Positions 36,979-46,990 of a stretch of 64,000 nucleotides of DNA are shown here, in pieces. Numbering within the stretch: the stretch's first letter is position 1; each line of letters opens with the position of its first letter. The notes beneath the pieces are model-generated. The model was not told the DNA's origin, made no database searches, and was given only the letters and a program-made list of their open reading frames with translations. Origin of the DNA: an uncultured Desulfovibrionaceae bacterium. GTDB lineage: Bacteria; Desulfobacterota; Desulfovibrionia; Desulfovibrionales; Desulfovibrionaceae. Both the position numbers and the translations under genes were made by a program. The DNA is taken from contig CAYJNG010000001.1 in assembly GCA_964371505.1 (NCBI GenBank), forward strand, positions 86 to 64,085, in the 5' to 3' direction.

Positions 36979-38028
36979 ATGTCACGACCGGGATTTTTCT
37001 TTTGCATTTGCCCCGATGCTGGGCTTATGAAGCGACAAATAGACCAATTGCAGCAGGATTTTCCGGCGCATTTGGAGCAAGGCGCTCAAGGTGGTGGCAT
37101 GCTGGGCGGCGATTTATTGGGCGGTCAAGGCGTAAGTGATGGCCCAGCCCCATGGGAGCGCCATGTTTATTGGGGCGATGAGGATTTACCTCAAGCTTTT
37201 TGGGAGCATCTCATGCTTCAAGGTTTATTTTCTAAGCCACGCCTTATTATTTTACGCAATGCGCAAAACATTTCTGCCGCTCGCTGGAAAGAGCTTTCTG
37301 CAGCACTTTCCAACCCTAATCCCCTTACATGGTTGATTCTTTGCCTCGAGGGCCCTTGGGATAAAGGGCAACCTAAGCTTCCTGCCCATGTGGTTAAACA
37401 AAAGTCCTTGGGTTTTGCTGACAAAAAAGGTTGGATTTGGCGTCATTCTGGGCTTGATATTCAAGGGATTAAAAAGTATATTCAAGGAAAGGCGCAAACC
37501 TTAAGCCTCACCTTTGACCCTCATGCCCTCGATGTTCTTTGCGCCAGCGTACCGCCAGACGCCACAGCCATTGATAGTGAGTTGGAAAAACTTCAACTTG
37601 CAGCAGAGGATGGGCGTGTTCAGATGTCCATGGTGGGGTCGGGCTCGTATATACCGGAATCAAATATTTTCTCTTTTATGAATCAGATTTACGCAGGGAA
37701 TATGAGTGCAGCTTGGCGTGAGATATATCGCAGCCAGCACGATATGGACGCCTTATTATTCCCATTTTTAGCCTTACTGTCTCGCGATGCCAAAACACTT
37801 TGGCAGATTTTGGCAGGTGAAAGTCCACGTATGCATCCTGCAGCTGCAAAGGAGAAGGAGTCCTGCGCAAGACGACTTGGTTTCACAGGCATTGCAGAGG
37901 TTTTTGCTTGTATAGTACGTGCAGAGCTTGCCATTAAAAGTGGTGAGCGCAACGTAGAGCAAACCTTAGAAGCCCTTGTGGCAGAGCTCACATTGCTTTT
38001 TAGCCCAAAAAGGCAGAACATACGTTAG
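36979..38028 (+). CDS. holA: DNA polymerase III delta subunit (probable)
   Basis: 349 aa at the conserved position downstream of leuS. I recognise no diagnostic motif, so the call rests on length and synteny. Confidence 0.55.
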   Translation: MSRPGFFFCICPDAGLMKRQIDQLQQDFPAHLEQGAQGGGMLGGDLLGGQGVSDGPAPWERHVYWGDEDLPQAFWEHLMLQGLFSKPRLIILRNAQNISAARWKELSAALSNPNPLTWLILCLEGPWDKGQPKLPAHVVKQKSLGFADKKGWIWRHSGLDIQGIKKYIQGKAQTLSLTFDPHALDVLCASVPPDATAIDSELEKLQLAAEDGRVQMSMVGSGSYIPESNIFSFMNQIYAGNMSAAWREIYRSQHDMDALLFPFLALLSRDAKTLWQILAGESPRMHPAAAKEKESCARRLGFTGIAEVFACIVRAELAIKSGERNVEQTLEALVAELTLLFSPKRQNIR

Positions 38029-38111
38029 CTTTTATGCGGCGTATATACCGGTGGCAAAATTTTTGGCTTTTTATCTTCTACCCCTTGCGTTTGGCGTAAG
38101 ACTGTTTAGTT

Positions 38112-38801
38112 ATGACTAGAAAGAGTACAAAAGATGATTTTCACGCTGGGCACAGGCAGCGCATTAAAGGGCGTTTTTTGCAAGACCCGCAGCGAGTGGA
38201 AGATTATGAGCTTTTGGAAATCCTTTTAGGCTATGCGCTAGTGCGCAAAGATACAAAGCCACTTGCTAAGCAGCTTTTACAATACTTTGGCTCCCTTTCG
38301 GGCGTACTTGCAGCAAGACAAGAAGAATTAGTTCAATTTACAGGATTTGGCGTAGGAACTTGGACCTTATGGCAAGTTATACGCGAATGTATGGCGCGCA
38401 CCGCGGTGGCACCTCTTATGCAAAGAGAAGTGCTTGCCTCGCCTGAAGCCATAGCAAGAGCAGCAAAAGAACGCTTTGTGGGTAAAACCATAGAAGAATG
38501 CTGGATTGCTTTGGTAGATGCTGGTACTCGCTGTTTAGGGTGGGAAAGGCTTATGCAGGGCGGTATTTCGTCCATTCCCATTACACCAAGAGATATTATA
38601 GCTAAAGTTTTGGAGCGAAAAGCTCATGGCTTTATCTTGGTGCACAATCATCCAAGTGGTAATGCCAAACCTTCTCGAGCAGATTTGATTCTCACAGAGC
38701 AGCTACGGCAATTGAGCCCACCCATGGGCATAACTTTTATTGAACATATTATTATTACAGAAAAAGAGTGTCGTAGTATTTTATCTGGATATACATTTTA
38801 G
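38112..38801 (+). CDS. radC: RadC-family JAB/MPN-domain protein
   Basis: 229 aa. N-terminal HhH-like region and the JAMM motif FILVHNHPSGNAKPS. Confidence 0.88.
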   Translation: MTRKSTKDDFHAGHRQRIKGRFLQDPQRVEDYELLEILLGYALVRKDTKPLAKQLLQYFGSLSGVLAARQEELVQFTGFGVGTWTLWQVIRECMARTAVAPLMQREVLASPEAIARAAKERFVGKTIEECWIALVDAGTRCLGWERLMQGGISSIPITPRDIIAKVLERKAHGFILVHNHPSGNAKPSRADLILTEQLRQLSPPMGITFIEHIIITEKECRSILSGYTF

Positions 38802-38842
38802 TGAGCGAGAGCTTCCTCTACGATATTTGAGGAGTGAATATT

Positions 38843-41344
38843 ATGTCAGACGAAAATAAAGATATAAATATAAATGCAGAGGCTGAGCTTGATGATGAAA
38901 GCTCTGTGTTTAATGAAGATGAAAGCGTAGGCTTTAGGGAAGATCCTGAAGGGCAAAATGATGCTTCGCATGAGCATGATGATGAGCATGACGATGAGCA
39001 TGACGAGCAATTTGCTGAGCAATCCCCCTTCCCTGATGTTATGCCTGTTCTGGCCGTGCGCGATGTAGTTGTTTTTAACTACATGATTTTGCCGCTGTTC
39101 ATTGGGCGGGATAAATCCGTGCAGGCCATGGAAGCCACCCTTGATAGGGACAGGTATCTTTTTGTGTGCACGCAAAAAGATGAAAATAATGAAGATCCAA
39201 CTTCGGAAGATTTGTACACCGTTGGCTCTATAGTCAATGTGATGCGTATGCTTAAAATGCCTGATGGGCGCATCAAAGTGCTGGTGCAAGGCGTAAGCCG
39301 CGCAAGAATAAAGCGTTTTACCCAAGAAGATCCCTTCCTTGAGGCTGAAGTAGAAGCCATTGAAGAAGTGAGCGTGGATAGTACACCTGAAGTGGAAGCC
39401 ATGTTGCGCTCAGCACGCGATCAAAGCGAAAAAATACTGACACTACGCGGTATTTCTAGCTCAGACGTAGTAAATATGCTGCAAAATGTGGATGACCCAG
39501 GTCACCTTGCTGATCTTATCGCAGCTAATTTGCGCATGAAGATTGAAGACGCTCAAGCCATTTTGGAAGAGGAAAATCCTGTTTTACGTCTGGAGCTTGT
39601 AAATAATCAGCTCAATAAAGAAGTAGAAGTGGCTACCATGCAGGCGCGTATTCAGTCTTCTGCTCGTGAAGGCATGGATAAAGCACAAAAAGATTATTAT
39701 TTGCGTGAGCAGATGAAAGCCATTCGTCAAGAACTTGGCGATGGGCAGGCCGACCAAGAAGAAGAAATTGACGATCTTGGCAAGGCCATTGCTAAAGCGG
39801 GTATGCCTAAGGATGTGCGTAAAGAAGCAGATAAGCAATTGCGCCGTCTTGGTTCTATGCATTCTGACTCTTCCGAAGCTAACGTGGTGCGTACGTATTT
39901 AGAATGGCTTGTGGAGCTTCCATGGAAGAAAACCACGCGCGATAGCCTAGATATTAAAAATGCTTCGGACACGTTAAATGAAGATCACTACGCCCTTGAA
40001 AAGGTAAAAGATCGTATTTTAGAATATTTGTCCGTGCGTAAGCTCAACCCCAATTCTAAAGGCCCCATTCTTTGCTTTGTGGGCCCTCCAGGAACAGGAA
40101 AAACCTCCCTTGGGCGCTCCATTGCACGCGCTCTTGGGCGTAAGTTCCAGCGTTTATCGCTTGGTGGCATGCGCGATGAGGCAGAAATTCGTGGGCATAG
40201 ACGCACGTATATTGGCGCCATGCCAGGGCGTATTATTCAGGCTTTGAAGCAGGCAGGTACCAAAAACCCTGTTATTGTGCTTGATGAATTAGATAAGCTT
40301 GGTACAGATTTTAGGGGCGATCCTTCTTCTGCCTTGCTTGAGGTGCTTGACCCAGAGCAAAATAGCACCTTTAGCGATCACTATTTAAATGTACCCTTTG
40401 ACTTATCAAAGATTATGTTTTTGTGTACGGCCAATAATTTAGATACTATTCCTGCGCCATTACGCGATAGAATGGAAATTATTACCTTGCCCGGCTATAC
40501 CGTGCATGAGAAAAAATCCATTGCAGAAATTCACCTTTTGCCAAAGATGATTAAAGAAAATGGCCTAAAAGTGAAAGATGTAACCATTGCTGATAAAGCT
40601 GTGGAGCGCGTTATTAAAGAATATACTCGTGAGGCGGGCTTACGTAATCTTGAGCGTGAGCTTGGTACCATTTGCCGTAAGCTTGCTCGTAAAAGAGCTG
40701 AAGGTGAGGAAGGCGCTTTTGATGTCTCTGAGGCGCAAGTGCCTACGCTTTTGGGTGTGCCACGCTTTGTGGAAGATGATACCGAAAAGCAATTGCCTCC
40801 CGGTTCTGCTCTTGGCCTTGCTTGGACACCCTTTGGCGGCGATGTGCTTAACATCGAAGTATCGCTTATGAAAGGTAAGGGCGCGCTCTTACTCACAGGA
40901 CAATTGGGTGATGTGATGAAGGAAAGTGCTCAAGCCGGCCTTTCTTACACGCGTAGCCGCGCTGTGGAATTGGGCATCGATGTGGACTTTGCACGTAAGC
41001 ACGATATTCATATTCACGTACCTGCTGGTGCTACGCCTAAGGATGGCCCTTCAGCGGGGATTACCTTATGCTCAGCGCTTATTTCTGCTCTTACAGAAAA
41101 AAGCTTGGCGCCGCATTTATGCATGACAGGGGAAATAACCCTGCGTGGTAGAGTGCTGCCTGTGGGTGGAATTAAAGAAAAAATTCTTGCTGCTGTGGCA
41201 CGAGACCTTAAGCATGTGATTATTCCTAAGCAAAATGTGAAGGACCTTGAAGATGTGCCCAAGGATTTGCTGGCAAAAATCAGTGTGCACCCTGTGGCGC
41301 ATATTGATGAAGTCCTCCCCATAGCCTTTGGGACAAAGCAATAG
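38843..41344 (+). CDS. lon: ATP-dependent Lon protease with an acidic N-terminal extension
   Basis: Walker A GPPGTGKTS and catalytic serine block PKDGPSAGITL. GGAG lies 8 nt upstream of ATG 38843. Confidence 0.96.
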   Translation: MSDENKDININAEAELDDESSVFNEDESVGFREDPEGQNDASHEHDDEHDDEHDEQFAEQSPFPDVMPVLAVRDVVVFNYMILPLFIGRDKSVQAMEATLDRDRYLFVCTQKDENNEDPTSEDLYTVGSIVNVMRMLKMPDGRIKVLVQGVSRARIKRFTQEDPFLEAEVEAIEEVSVDSTPEVEAMLRSARDQSEKILTLRGISSSDVVNMLQNVDDPGHLADLIAANLRMKIEDAQAILEEENPVLRLELVNNQLNKEVEVATMQARIQSSAREGMDKAQKDYYLREQMKAIRQELGDGQADQEEEIDDLGKAIAKAGMPKDVRKEADKQLRRLGSMHSDSSEANVVRTYLEWLVELPWKKTTRDSLDIKNASDTLNEDHYALEKVKDRILEYLSVRKLNPNSKGPILCFVGPPGTGKTSLGRSIARALGRKFQRLSLGGMRDEAEIRGHRRTYIGAMPGRIIQALKQAGTKNPVIVLDELDKLGTDFRGDPSSALLEVLDPEQNSTFSDHYLNVPFDLSKIMFLCTANNLDTIPAPLRDRMEIITLPGYTVHEKKSIAEIHLLPKMIKENGLKVKDVTIADKAVERVIKEYTREAGLRNLERELGTICRKLARKRAEGEEGAFDVSEAQVPTLLGVPRFVEDDTEKQLPPGSALGLAWTPFGGDVLNIEVSLMKGKGALLLTGQLGDVMKESAQAGLSYTRSRAVELGIDVDFARKHDIHIHVPAGATPKDGPSAGITLCSALISALTEKSLAPHLCMTGEITLRGRVLPVGGIKEKILAAVARDLKHVIIPKQNVKDLEDVPKDLLAKISVHPVAHIDEVLPIAFGTKQ

Positions 41345-41357
41345 TTAGTTAAACACG

Positions 41358-41390
41358 AAAGCCCCTACGAGATTGTAGGGGCTTTTTTTA
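41358..41390 (+). terminator. Intrinsic terminator after lon
   Basis: AGCCCCTAC / GTAGGGGCT stem followed by TTTTTTT. Confidence 0.8.
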
Positions 41391-41710
41391 ATTACTAGTA
41401 AAAAAATAGTGTTTTTTCTAAATAATGTGATTTATATATCCAAAATATCCCCAAAATGTCCTGTGGTGTAAATTATTTTTTTCACAAACTGCGTAAAAAT
41501 GTTGCACTTTTGCAACCATGTATAAATAGGGGTGTAGGTACAGTGAAATACGCTAAAAAAGCAGGTCTTGGCGTGTTTTTTTATGGGTTTTTCGCTATTT
41601 TTGAAATCAGTGTTCCATGAGATTTTTTTCTCAAAATTTCTAACTCCGCTTGACCTAGGCTAATATAGATGTAAAGACTAAGTATGTGAAAATTTGCTTT
41701 AGGAGTGTTT

Positions 41711-42778
41711 ATGACAGCAGTGAATGATGAAAAGCAAGGTGTGGTGGCACAAGTATCCAAGGTATTACCGGGCATGATACTTTTTATTACTGTAGCTTTG
41801 GTTGCTTGGTACATTACTCCCATTTTAACGTCCTTACATCCCATGATTAAGAACATGAATATTAGCAACTTTATTGTTGCTATTATTTTAGGTATGGCCA
41901 TTTTGAATATTTTTGGCGTACCTGAGGTTTGTAAGCCGGGGCTACAGTTCTCAACCATTTTGACAAAAACAGGCATTGTGGTCATGGGCTGTAAATACTC
42001 CTTTGCGGGGCTTTTAAAAACCGGTACAGAAGCCATTGTCATTATAGCCGTGTTTCTTTTTGTTTCGGCTTTTGTGCTTATGTGGATAGGGAAAAAGCTT
42101 AAAATGTCTCCCTCCCTTAGTGCCTGTTTGGCGGCGGGTCTGTCTGTATGCGGTGTTTCTGCCTGTGTGGCCATTGCCCCTGCTGTACGCGCCAAAAACG
42201 AAGATATGGCCTATACCATTGCTGTAGTGCTCATGTTTGGCCTTCTGGCTTTACTAGTGTTTCCATTTGTGGGGCAGTGGTTTGAGCTTTCAGCCAATCA
42301 ATTTGGTGCCTTTGTGGGTGTGGGTGTTATTAACTCAGCCCAAGTGCTTGCAGCTGGTTTTGCCTATAGCCAAGATGCAGGCGTGGTAGCCGGTGTGTAT
42401 AACATTGGGCGCGTTATCTTCTTGCCCTTTATTGTGTTAAGCCTTGCCATTATGGTGGCTACACAAGATGCTGAAGTGCAGTCTCAAATGCAAGGCAGCA
42501 GCAAAATGAAGATGATTATAGATAAATTCCCCGTTTTCGTGGTGGGCTTTTTAGCTATTGTTACTTTAAACACCTTAGGTTTCTTAGAAACAGCAGAAGT
42601 AAAAATGGCAAGTACTTTTATGGATTGGTGTTTCTTACTTGGTTTCTCCAGCATAGGGCTTACCACGCGCCTTTCCGATATTAAGGCTGCTGGCCTTTCC
42701 GGAGCTGCGGTGGGCTTTGTAGTAGCAGGCCTTAAGGCTGTATTGGCCCTATGGGTTGTATTGTACTTCTTGCAATAA
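41711..42778 (+). CDS. YeiH/UPF0324-family polytopic membrane protein (putative sulfate-exporter-family transporter)
   Basis: About 10 TM helices. The C-terminal pattern GFSSIGLTTRLSDIKAAG resembles the YeiH family. AGGAG lies upstream of the ATG. Confidence 0.6.
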   Translation: MTAVNDEKQGVVAQVSKVLPGMILFITVALVAWYITPILTSLHPMIKNMNISNFIVAIILGMAILNIFGVPEVCKPGLQFSTILTKTGIVVMGCKYSFAGLLKTGTEAIVIIAVFLFVSAFVLMWIGKKLKMSPSLSACLAAGLSVCGVSACVAIAPAVRAKNEDMAYTIAVVLMFGLLALLVFPFVGQWFELSANQFGAFVGVGVINSAQVLAAGFAYSQDAGVVAGVYNIGRVIFLPFIVLSLAIMVATQDAEVQSQMQGSSKMKMIIDKFPVFVVGFLAIVTLNTLGFLETAEVKMASTFMDWCFLLGFSSIGLTTRLSDIKAAGLSGAAVGFVVAGLKAVLALWVVLYFLQ

Positions 42779-42798
42779 GAAAGATTTAGGAGAATATC

Positions 42799-42891
42799 AT
42801 GTGGAACAAAATATCCAAGAGCAGACGCCAAGACATCATCGTTATCATCTTCGGTGTGACTTTAGTGCTAGTGGCCAAGGTGCTTGTATAA
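42799..42891 (+). CDS. Candidate 30-aa single-TM micropeptide (MWNKISKSRRQDIIVIIFGVTLVLVAKVLV)
   Basis: AGGAG lies 6 nt upstream of ATG 42799. The peptide has a basic N-terminus followed by a hydrophobic helix. It overlaps the N-terminal part of the 42801 ORF in a different frame. Confidence 0.35.
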   Translation: MWNKISKSRRQDIIVIIFGVTLVLVAKVLV

Positions 42892-43256
42892 TTTTTTCTG
42901 GGCATAAAGAGGCGCCGCTTGAGCCGGAAGATGTGCAGGCTTTTTTGGCTTTGCACAAAAAAGATGCCGCTCATGTGGAACTTTTTTACCATATACCAAG
43001 TAGTCTAACGCATTATGGTAAAGTGGACTCCTTAGTAACAGCTGGAGCCATGGCAGACTTTGTGGAATATGTGCAAAAGCAAGAGGTGGAAGAAGCTAAA
43101 GCTTTTTTTGCTGCACTTGCAGCTCATGTGCCCAAGGCCTTGGAAGAAATATATATTGTGCGTGAACCCAAAGACTGGGAAAAAGCTTTGAAGGTTTTGG
43201 GAAAAGCGTATGCGAAGATAGGGCAGTTTGCCCCCATAGCAGGGCTATGTGATTGA
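42801..43256 (+). CDS. Hypothetical soluble protein (start uncertain)
   Basis: From about 42915 onward the translation looks protein-like (EDVQAFLALHKKDAAHVELFYHIPSSL...) and the gene is followed by a terminator. The first 35 or so codons from GTG 42801 have odd composition. No in-frame ATG occurs until well inside the ORF. Confidence 0.5.
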   Translation: MEQNIQEQTPRHHRYHLRCDFSASGQGACIIFSGHKEAPLEPEDVQAFLALHKKDAAHVELFYHIPSSLTHYGKVDSLVTAGAMADFVEYVQKQEVEEAKAFFAALAAHVPKALEEIYIVREPKDWEKALKVLGKAYAKIGQFAPIAGLCD

Positions 43257-43263
43257 TACGATA

Positions 43264-43295
43264 CCGGGGGTAAGGCAACTTACCTCCGGTTTTTT
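43264..43295 (+). terminator. Intrinsic terminator
   Basis: CCGGGGGTAAG / CTTACCTCCGG stem with one G-U pair, followed by TTTTTT. Confidence 0.7.
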
Positions 43296-43297
43296 CA

Positions 43298-43333
43298 TAA
43301 AAAACGCGCCTCGAAATAAATTTCAAGGCGCGT
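43298..43333 (-). terminator. Intrinsic terminator after nfnB
   Basis: ACGCGCCT / AGGCGCGT stem. On the minus strand it is followed by TTTTTT. Confidence 0.65.
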
Positions 43334-43369
43334 ATAAAGTGCAAAAAAGTCGCTATTTTCCGATGCTAC

Positions 43370-44812
43370 TTAGGCATCTTCACCTAGTAAGCGTTTGCAT
43401 ATGTCTTGTGCGGCTTTGCGGCCTGCACCCATGGCAAGAATAACCGTAGCAGCGCCGGTTACAATGTCGCCACCGGCATATACATTAGGTATGGAAGTTT
43501 CGCCAGTTTCTTCATTGGTGACAATATAACCCCATTTATTCAGTTCAAGGCCAGGGGTGGCTTCGAGCAAAATGGGGTTGGATTGGGTACCAAGGGCAAT
43601 GATGGCTAAATCTGTAGGTAAGTCGTACACATCGCCTTCAATGGGTTCTGGTCTGCAGCGACCGGAAGCATCGGGCTCGCCCAATTTCATGCGCTGCAAG
43701 GTAACGGACGTAAGAGTCAACTTGTCATCACCATTAAATTGCACAGGCGATGCTAACAGCTCTAATTGAATGCCTTCTTCCTCAGCGTGGTGGATTTCTT
43801 CCAAACGTGCAGGCATTTCGGCCTTGGTGCGACGGTACACAATGTGTACGCTTTCGGCGCCCATGCGCATGGCGGTACGTGCTGCGTCCATGGCCACGTT
43901 ACCAGCGCCAAATACGGTGACGTTTTTGCCAGGGTACGTGGGGGTGTCTTGCTCAGGGAAGAGATACGCACGGCCAAGGTTGGCACGAGTTAAATATTCG
44001 TTGGCGGAGAACACGCCCACATAGTTTTCACCGGGAATGTTTAAGAACATGGGTAAACCGGCTCCAACGCCTATGAATACAGCATTATAGCCTTCGTCCA
44101 AGAGGTCTTGCACGGTAATGGTGCGACCACCCACCCAGTTAAGCTTAAAATCCACACCGGTAAGGCGCAGGCCATTAAGCTCTGTGGCTACCACATCTTT
44201 GGGTAAACGGAAGGAAGGAATACCGTAAACAAGCACGCCACCGGGCTCATGTAGGGCTTCATATACATCTACTTTAATGCCCTTGGAAGCAATGTACCCT
44301 GCTGCTGTTAAGGAGGCAGGGCCAGAACCTAGGCAAGCAACCTTTAGGTGCTCATGGGGCAAGGCGCAAGCATTGGTGCCTGTTACCTGCTCGCACGCTG
44401 TGGTGGCAATATAGGTATCAGCCACGTAGCGCTCAAGGCGACCAATGGCAATGGGCTCTCCTTTAGCATTGAGTACGCATTTGCCTTCACATTGTACTTC
44501 TTGCGGACAAACGCGACCACATACAGCGGGTAGGCTATTAGTGCTTTTGATAATGCGGTAAGCAGAATCCATATCACCGCGAGCCACGGCAGCGATGAAT
44601 TGCGGAATGGGTACTTCCACAGGACAGCCGCTAACGCATTTGGGCTTTTTGCATTGAATACAGCGCTGGGCTTCTGCCATAGCCATTTCACGCGTATAGC
44701 CTGTGGCTACTTCTTCAAAATTGCGCGCACGAATGTCTGCAGGTAAGCAGGGCATGGGGATACGCGGTGCAATGGGCTTTTTGGGGGCTTTTTTAGGAGT
44801 ATTATTTTCCAT
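43370..44812 (-). CDS. nfnB: NfnB-type subunit (glutamate synthase small-chain-like, NADPH-binding Fe-S flavoprotein)
   Basis: Fe-S motif CIQCKKPKCVSGCP and dinucleotide fold CLGSGPASLTAAGY. The start is trimmed to ATG 44812 and overlaps nfnA by 11 nt. Confidence 0.7.
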   Translation of the reverse strand: MENNTPKKAPKKPIAPRIPMPCLPADIRARNFEEVATGYTREMAMAEAQRCIQCKKPKCVSGCPVEVPIPQFIAAVARGDMDSAYRIIKSTNSLPAVCGRVCPQEVQCEGKCVLNAKGEPIAIGRLERYVADTYIATTACEQVTGTNACALPHEHLKVACLGSGPASLTAAGYIASKGIKVDVYEALHEPGGVLVYGIPSFRLPKDVVATELNGLRLTGVDFKLNWVGGRTITVQDLLDEGYNAVFIGVGAGLPMFLNIPGENYVGVFSANEYLTRANLGRAYLFPEQDTPTYPGKNVTVFGAGNVAMDAARTAMRMGAESVHIVYRRTKAEMPARLEEIHHAEEEGIQLELLASPVQFNGDDKLTLTSVTLQRMKLGEPDASGRCRPEPIEGDVYDLPTDLAIIALGTQSNPILLEATPGLELNKWGYIVTNEETGETSIPNVYAGGDIVTGAATVILAMGAGRKAAQDICKRLLGEDA

Positions 44813-45644
44813 GGCAATTACACCTATAATGGTCAAAAGAAGTTTTTTCTTGTTCGGCAAAGGCAGCAAGGCGGCGACGTAATTCAGCAAAATCTACTTG
44901 ATGTCCGTCAAACTCTGGGCCGTCGGCACAGGCAAATTTTGTTTTGCCACCAACGGTAACGCGGCAAGCACCGCACATGCCTATACCGTCCACCATGATG
45001 GAGTTAAGGCTCACAGTGGTGGGGGTGTTAAAAGGTTTTGTGGTGGCGGCAACGGCGCTCATCATAGGCACGGGCCCTACAGCAACCACTTCAAAAATAT
45101 CTTTATCTTTTTCTAATCTATCGAGGAGCAAGTCAGTTACTAAGCCTTGGTGGCCTTGGCTGCCGTCATCGGTGGAAATGAGTAATTCATCCACAAAAGA
45201 AGAGAGTTCTTTTTCAAAAAGGAGTAAATCCTTGCTGCGAGCGCCAATGATGCCAATAACTTTATTGCCGGCTCGGTGATGGCCTTTAGCAATGTGGTGC
45301 ATGGCTGCAATGCCGGTTCCGCCGCCAACGCAAACAACAGTGCCCTTTTTTTCAATGTGTGTGGGCTTACCAAGGGGGCCGCAAAGGTCAAGAATGGTGT
45401 CGCCGGCTTTATAGGATTCAAGCAAGGCTGTGCTCTTACCAAGTACAATGTACACAATGGTAATGGTGCCGGCTTCGGCGTCGGCGTCAGCAATGGTAAG
45501 GGGAATGCGCTCGCCGCCTTCGTGAAGGCGAAGCATGACAAAATGCCCAGGTTGGGCTTTTTTTGCCACATGCGGGGCATCCAAAACAAGCTTACTTGTG
45601 GTGCCCGGTATGAGGGATTCTTTGACAAGAATGGGAACTGGCAT
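44802..45644 (-). CDS. nfnA: NfnA-type subunit (PyrK/ferredoxin-NADP reductase-like FAD/NAD, 2Fe-2S)
   Basis: FNR-like fold (RIPLTIAD, GGGTGIA) and a C-terminal Cys cluster GMCGACRV...C. AAGGAG lies 8 nt upstream of ATG 45644. Confidence 0.7.
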   Translation of the reverse strand: MPVPILVKESLIPGTTSKLVLDAPHVAKKAQPGHFVMLRLHEGGERIPLTIADADAEAGTITIVYIVLGKSTALLESYKAGDTILDLCGPLGKPTHIEKKGTVVCVGGGTGIAAMHHIAKGHHRAGNKVIGIIGARSKDLLLFEKELSSFVDELLISTDDGSQGHQGLVTDLLLDRLEKDKDIFEVVAVGPVPMMSAVAATTKPFNTPTTVSLNSIMVDGIGMCGACRVTVGGKTKFACADGPEFDGHQVDFAELRRRLAAFAEQEKTSFDHYRCNCHGK

Positions 45645-45988
45645 GGAAACAACTCCTTTTGATGCTGTTTGCTTGTACACAAGGTGCAAGCGTCTGTGGG
45701 GAGACTCCCTTTAACTAAGCCAACATCGTACACAACCATGTTGGCAAAAATTCCCAGTAACTTTATCTGAATTTTTAGATGTTGGCAAGCAAAGACAGAT
45801 AAAAAATACTTCTAATACACCGCATTGTGGGCGAGTTTTTCCTATGTAACAGGAAGTTGTTTGTCAGTATAAAGCAGCCGTTTATGGCTTGGCTAAGGTG
45901 TGAAAAATTTTTTGTGTGAGAGCATAGGAGCTTGCATGTTATGCTACACTAACATATAATGATGCATTAATTTTTTTGGGAGATAATT

Positions 45989-46924
45989 ATGTCTAACATT
46001 GCACTTCTTTTTCCCGGTCAGGGCGCGCAAGAGCTTGGCATGGGCCGACGCCTTGCGGAGCATTCTTCCGATGCCATGGACTTGTGGAAAAAGGCTGAAA
46101 ATATAAGTGGTTTACCCTTACGAGAAATTTATTGGGAAGGCGATGACGCCGCCATGAGCGATACCCGCGCGTTGCAGCCAGCCTTAACGGTGGTGAACCT
46201 TGCCTTGTGGCAGGCTTTGGTGGGGCGTTTTTCCCCTACCTGCACAGCCGGTCATAGCCTTGGGGAATACGCTTCCTTGGCAGCAGCCAAAGCTTTGAGC
46301 TTTGAAAAGGTGCTCGAACTTACAGCCTTACGTGGTCGCCTCATGGCAGAGGCAGATCCTAACGGCGTGGGCGCCATGGCTGCTATTTTGAAGCTGGAGC
46401 AAGCAAAAGTACAAGAGCTTGCCCTTGCCATTGCTGATGAAAGCGGTGAAATGTTGCGCATTGCCAATTATAACACGCCGGGGCAATTTGTGCTAAGCGG
46501 TACCAAAACCACCATTGAATTGGCTTTAGCTCGTGTGAAAGAGATAAAGGGCCGCGGCATTGCTCTTAAGGTAAGCGGCGCTTTTCATAGTCCGCTCATG
46601 GCAGAAGCTGCCGAAGAGTTGGCACCTGTACTGCGTAAGGCAGATTGGTCTAAGCCTATTATGCCTGTGTACTGCAATGTGCATGGTAAGGCTGTAAAGG
46701 ATGCTGAAGTGTTGCGTGAATGCATGATTGCGCAAATGACGTCTTCTGTGCAGTGGATAGATACAGTGCAACAGCAATGGAACGACGGCACACGTGCGTT
46801 CTTAGAAGTGGGGCCCAAGGCTGTGCTTTCTAAGATGGTGGCGCCTTGCCTTGCGCCTATCACCGAGGAAAAAGCTTCCACAGCGTGCTTGACAGATTTT
46901 GATCAAGAAGCGCAGTGGGCATAA
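45989..46924 (+). CDS. fabD: Malonyl-CoA:ACP transacylase
   Basis: LFPGQGAQ N-terminus and the active-site GHSLGEY motif. Confidence 0.93.
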   Translation: MSNIALLFPGQGAQELGMGRRLAEHSSDAMDLWKKAENISGLPLREIYWEGDDAAMSDTRALQPALTVVNLALWQALVGRFSPTCTAGHSLGEYASLAAAKALSFEKVLELTALRGRLMAEADPNGVGAMAAILKLEQAKVQELALAIADESGEMLRIANYNTPGQFVLSGTKTTIELALARVKEIKGRGIALKVSGAFHSPLMAEAAEELAPVLRKADWSKPIMPVYCNVHGKAVKDAEVLRECMIAQMTSSVQWIDTVQQQWNDGTRAFLEVGPKAVLSKMVAPCLAPITEEKASTACLTDFDQEAQWA

Positions 46925-46990
46925 TTTTTACTGGAATGCCCGCAAATATTACCATAATAGGGTAGATACCAAAGAGTTTTTGAGGAAAAT

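Noticed and set aside
41501-41516. Sigma-54-like promoter element GTTGCACTTTTGCAAC upstream of the YeiH-like gene
   Set aside because: The GG/GC spacing does not fit TGGCAC-N5-TTGC. The sequence is simply a 6-4-6 palindrome (GTTGCA/TGCAAC). It may be an operator, but I cannot support a call.
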